Positions 15,579 to 16,035 of a DNA stretch of 16,035 bases are shown one piece after another. Position 1 is the stretch's first letter, and each line of letters starts with the position of its first letter. The stretch is from Candidatus Iainarchaeum sp. (GTDB lineage Archaea > Iainarchaeota > Iainarchaeia > Iainarchaeales > 0-14-0-20-34-12). Below the pieces are notes generated by a model that saw nothing but the letters and a program-made list of their open reading frames with translations, did no database searches and was not told where the DNA came from. The stretch is from assembly GCA_030649345.1 (NCBI GenBank), contig JAUSKK010000052.1, positions 1 to 16,035 on the forward strand, read 5' to 3'. The translations under genes and the position numbers were made by a program.

Positions 15579-15596
15579 ATGTCCAAAATGGGACAT
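15579..15596. promoter_or_regulatory. inverted repeat ATGTCC-N6-GGACAT in the argF / divergent-ORF intergenic region (candidate operator)
   Basis: Perfect 6-bp arms at 15579-15584 and 15591-15596. It overlaps the 8-nt palindrome ACATATGT (15575-15582) and is preceded by the direct repeat AGACAA at 15561-15566 and 15570-15575. Confidence 0.3.
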
Positions 15597-15625
15597 TTAT
15601 AAGTTTTTTGGATTAGAGAATGTAT

Positions 15626-16035
15626 ATGAGTATTGCTAAGCAAACTGAACAGTTTATTGATTTACAGCCTTTTTTGAAGAATGCTCTTAAACGGAAATTA
15701 ATTAATTATTCTGCTTTGACTCGTTTGATTTTGACTGAATTAAATTTAAAAACAGCAGATCATGAAGCAGTATTAATTGCTATTCGAAGGTATGTTGAAA
15801 AAATAAAATTAGCCAAAGATCATGAAAAACAAATTTTACGTGTTTTGCAAGAAAGTCATATTGAAACCAAAAATAAGATTTGCATTATTGTTTTAAGCAA
15901 AAAAGTTCCTTTGGAGAAATTGCTTTCATTTAGTAAACAGGCTTCCGATAAAAATTTAGTATTTCATTTAATTGAAGGAAGTCATACGTTTACGATTGTG
16001 ACTCATTCGTCTATTTTTAAGTCATTAATTCAGAG
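15626..16035 (+). CDS. hypothetical protein, 3'-truncated by the window end; possible amino-acid-metabolism regulator
   Basis: Hand translation from ATG 15626 (or the in-frame ATG 15620) gives an open frame to the window end: MSIAKQTEQFIDLQPFLKNALKRKLINYSALTRLILTELNLKTADHEAVLIAIRRYVEKIKLAKDHEKQILRVLQESHIETKNKICIIVLSKKVPLEKLLSFSKQASDKNLVFHLIEGSHTFTIVTHSSIFKSLIQ. It is absent from the ORF track, presumably because it has no stop in the window. It is divergent from argF. The N-terminal 'INYSALTRLI' segment recalls archaeal ACT-domain predicted regulators from memory only, unverified. Confidence 0.55.
   Translation, partial: MSIAKQTEQFIDLQPFLKNALKRKLINYSALTRLILTELNLKTADHEAVLIAIRRYVEKIKLAKDHEKQILRVLQESHIETKNKICIIVLSKKVPLEKLLSFSKQASDKNLVFHLIEGSHTFTIVTHSSIFKSLIQ

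Noticed and set aside
15171-15643. Minus-strand ORFs 15171-15356 (61 aa) and 15431-15643 (70 aa).
   Set aside because: The first is out of frame inside argF. The second spans the argF N-terminus and the promoter region, out of frame and Cys/Ile-rich, and would also overlap the divergent plus-strand ORF start. Both are most likely spurious.
1-16035. Search for CRISPR arrays, long direct or inverted repeats, transposase or integrase genes, tRNA/rRNA genes, toxin-antitoxin pairs and known defence genes.
   Set aside because: None was found by eye. Every long ORF other than the two at 5887-7988 and the partial ORF at the right edge matches a biosynthetic enzyme family, and the intergenic space totals only a few hundred nucleotides.

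Overview
AT-rich window, almost entirely coding on the minus strand. It holds two tightly packed amino-acid biosynthesis operons with standard stop codon use (TAA, TAG and TGA all terminate genes). Right to left these are a seven-gene arginine operon argF-argJ-argD-argC-argB-argG-argH (15516->8078) and a six-gene tryptophan operon trpE-trpG-trpD-trpC-trpB-trpA (about 5715->6). Most junctions are ATGA or short overlaps, or carry Shine-Dalgarno motifs. Between the operons sits a two-gene unit outside either pathway: a predicted exported lipoprotein with an HExxH zinc-peptidase motif (7988->6621), followed 17 nt later by a very basic protein with degenerate Bud32/RIO-type kinase motifs (6603->5887). 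A plus-strand ORF starts at about 15620/15626, divergent from argF, and runs off the window end. I see no CRISPR array, tRNA/rRNA gene, transposase, integrase or recognisable defence system, so most of the window is ordinary core metabolism. Points worth a second look: (1) trpE has no canonical in-frame start, and its ATG is one base out of frame across a G4 run; (2) the lipoprotein-peptidase plus kinase-fold pair; (3) the motif-dense trp upstream region and the divergent arg promoter region; (4) the absence of trpF. TATA-like boxes about 20-30 nt upstream of first-gene ATGs, SD motifs before some internal genes (argG, argJ, trpD), a short TrpE N-terminus and the Bud32-like protein suggest an archaeal origin. 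That assignment is inference only.
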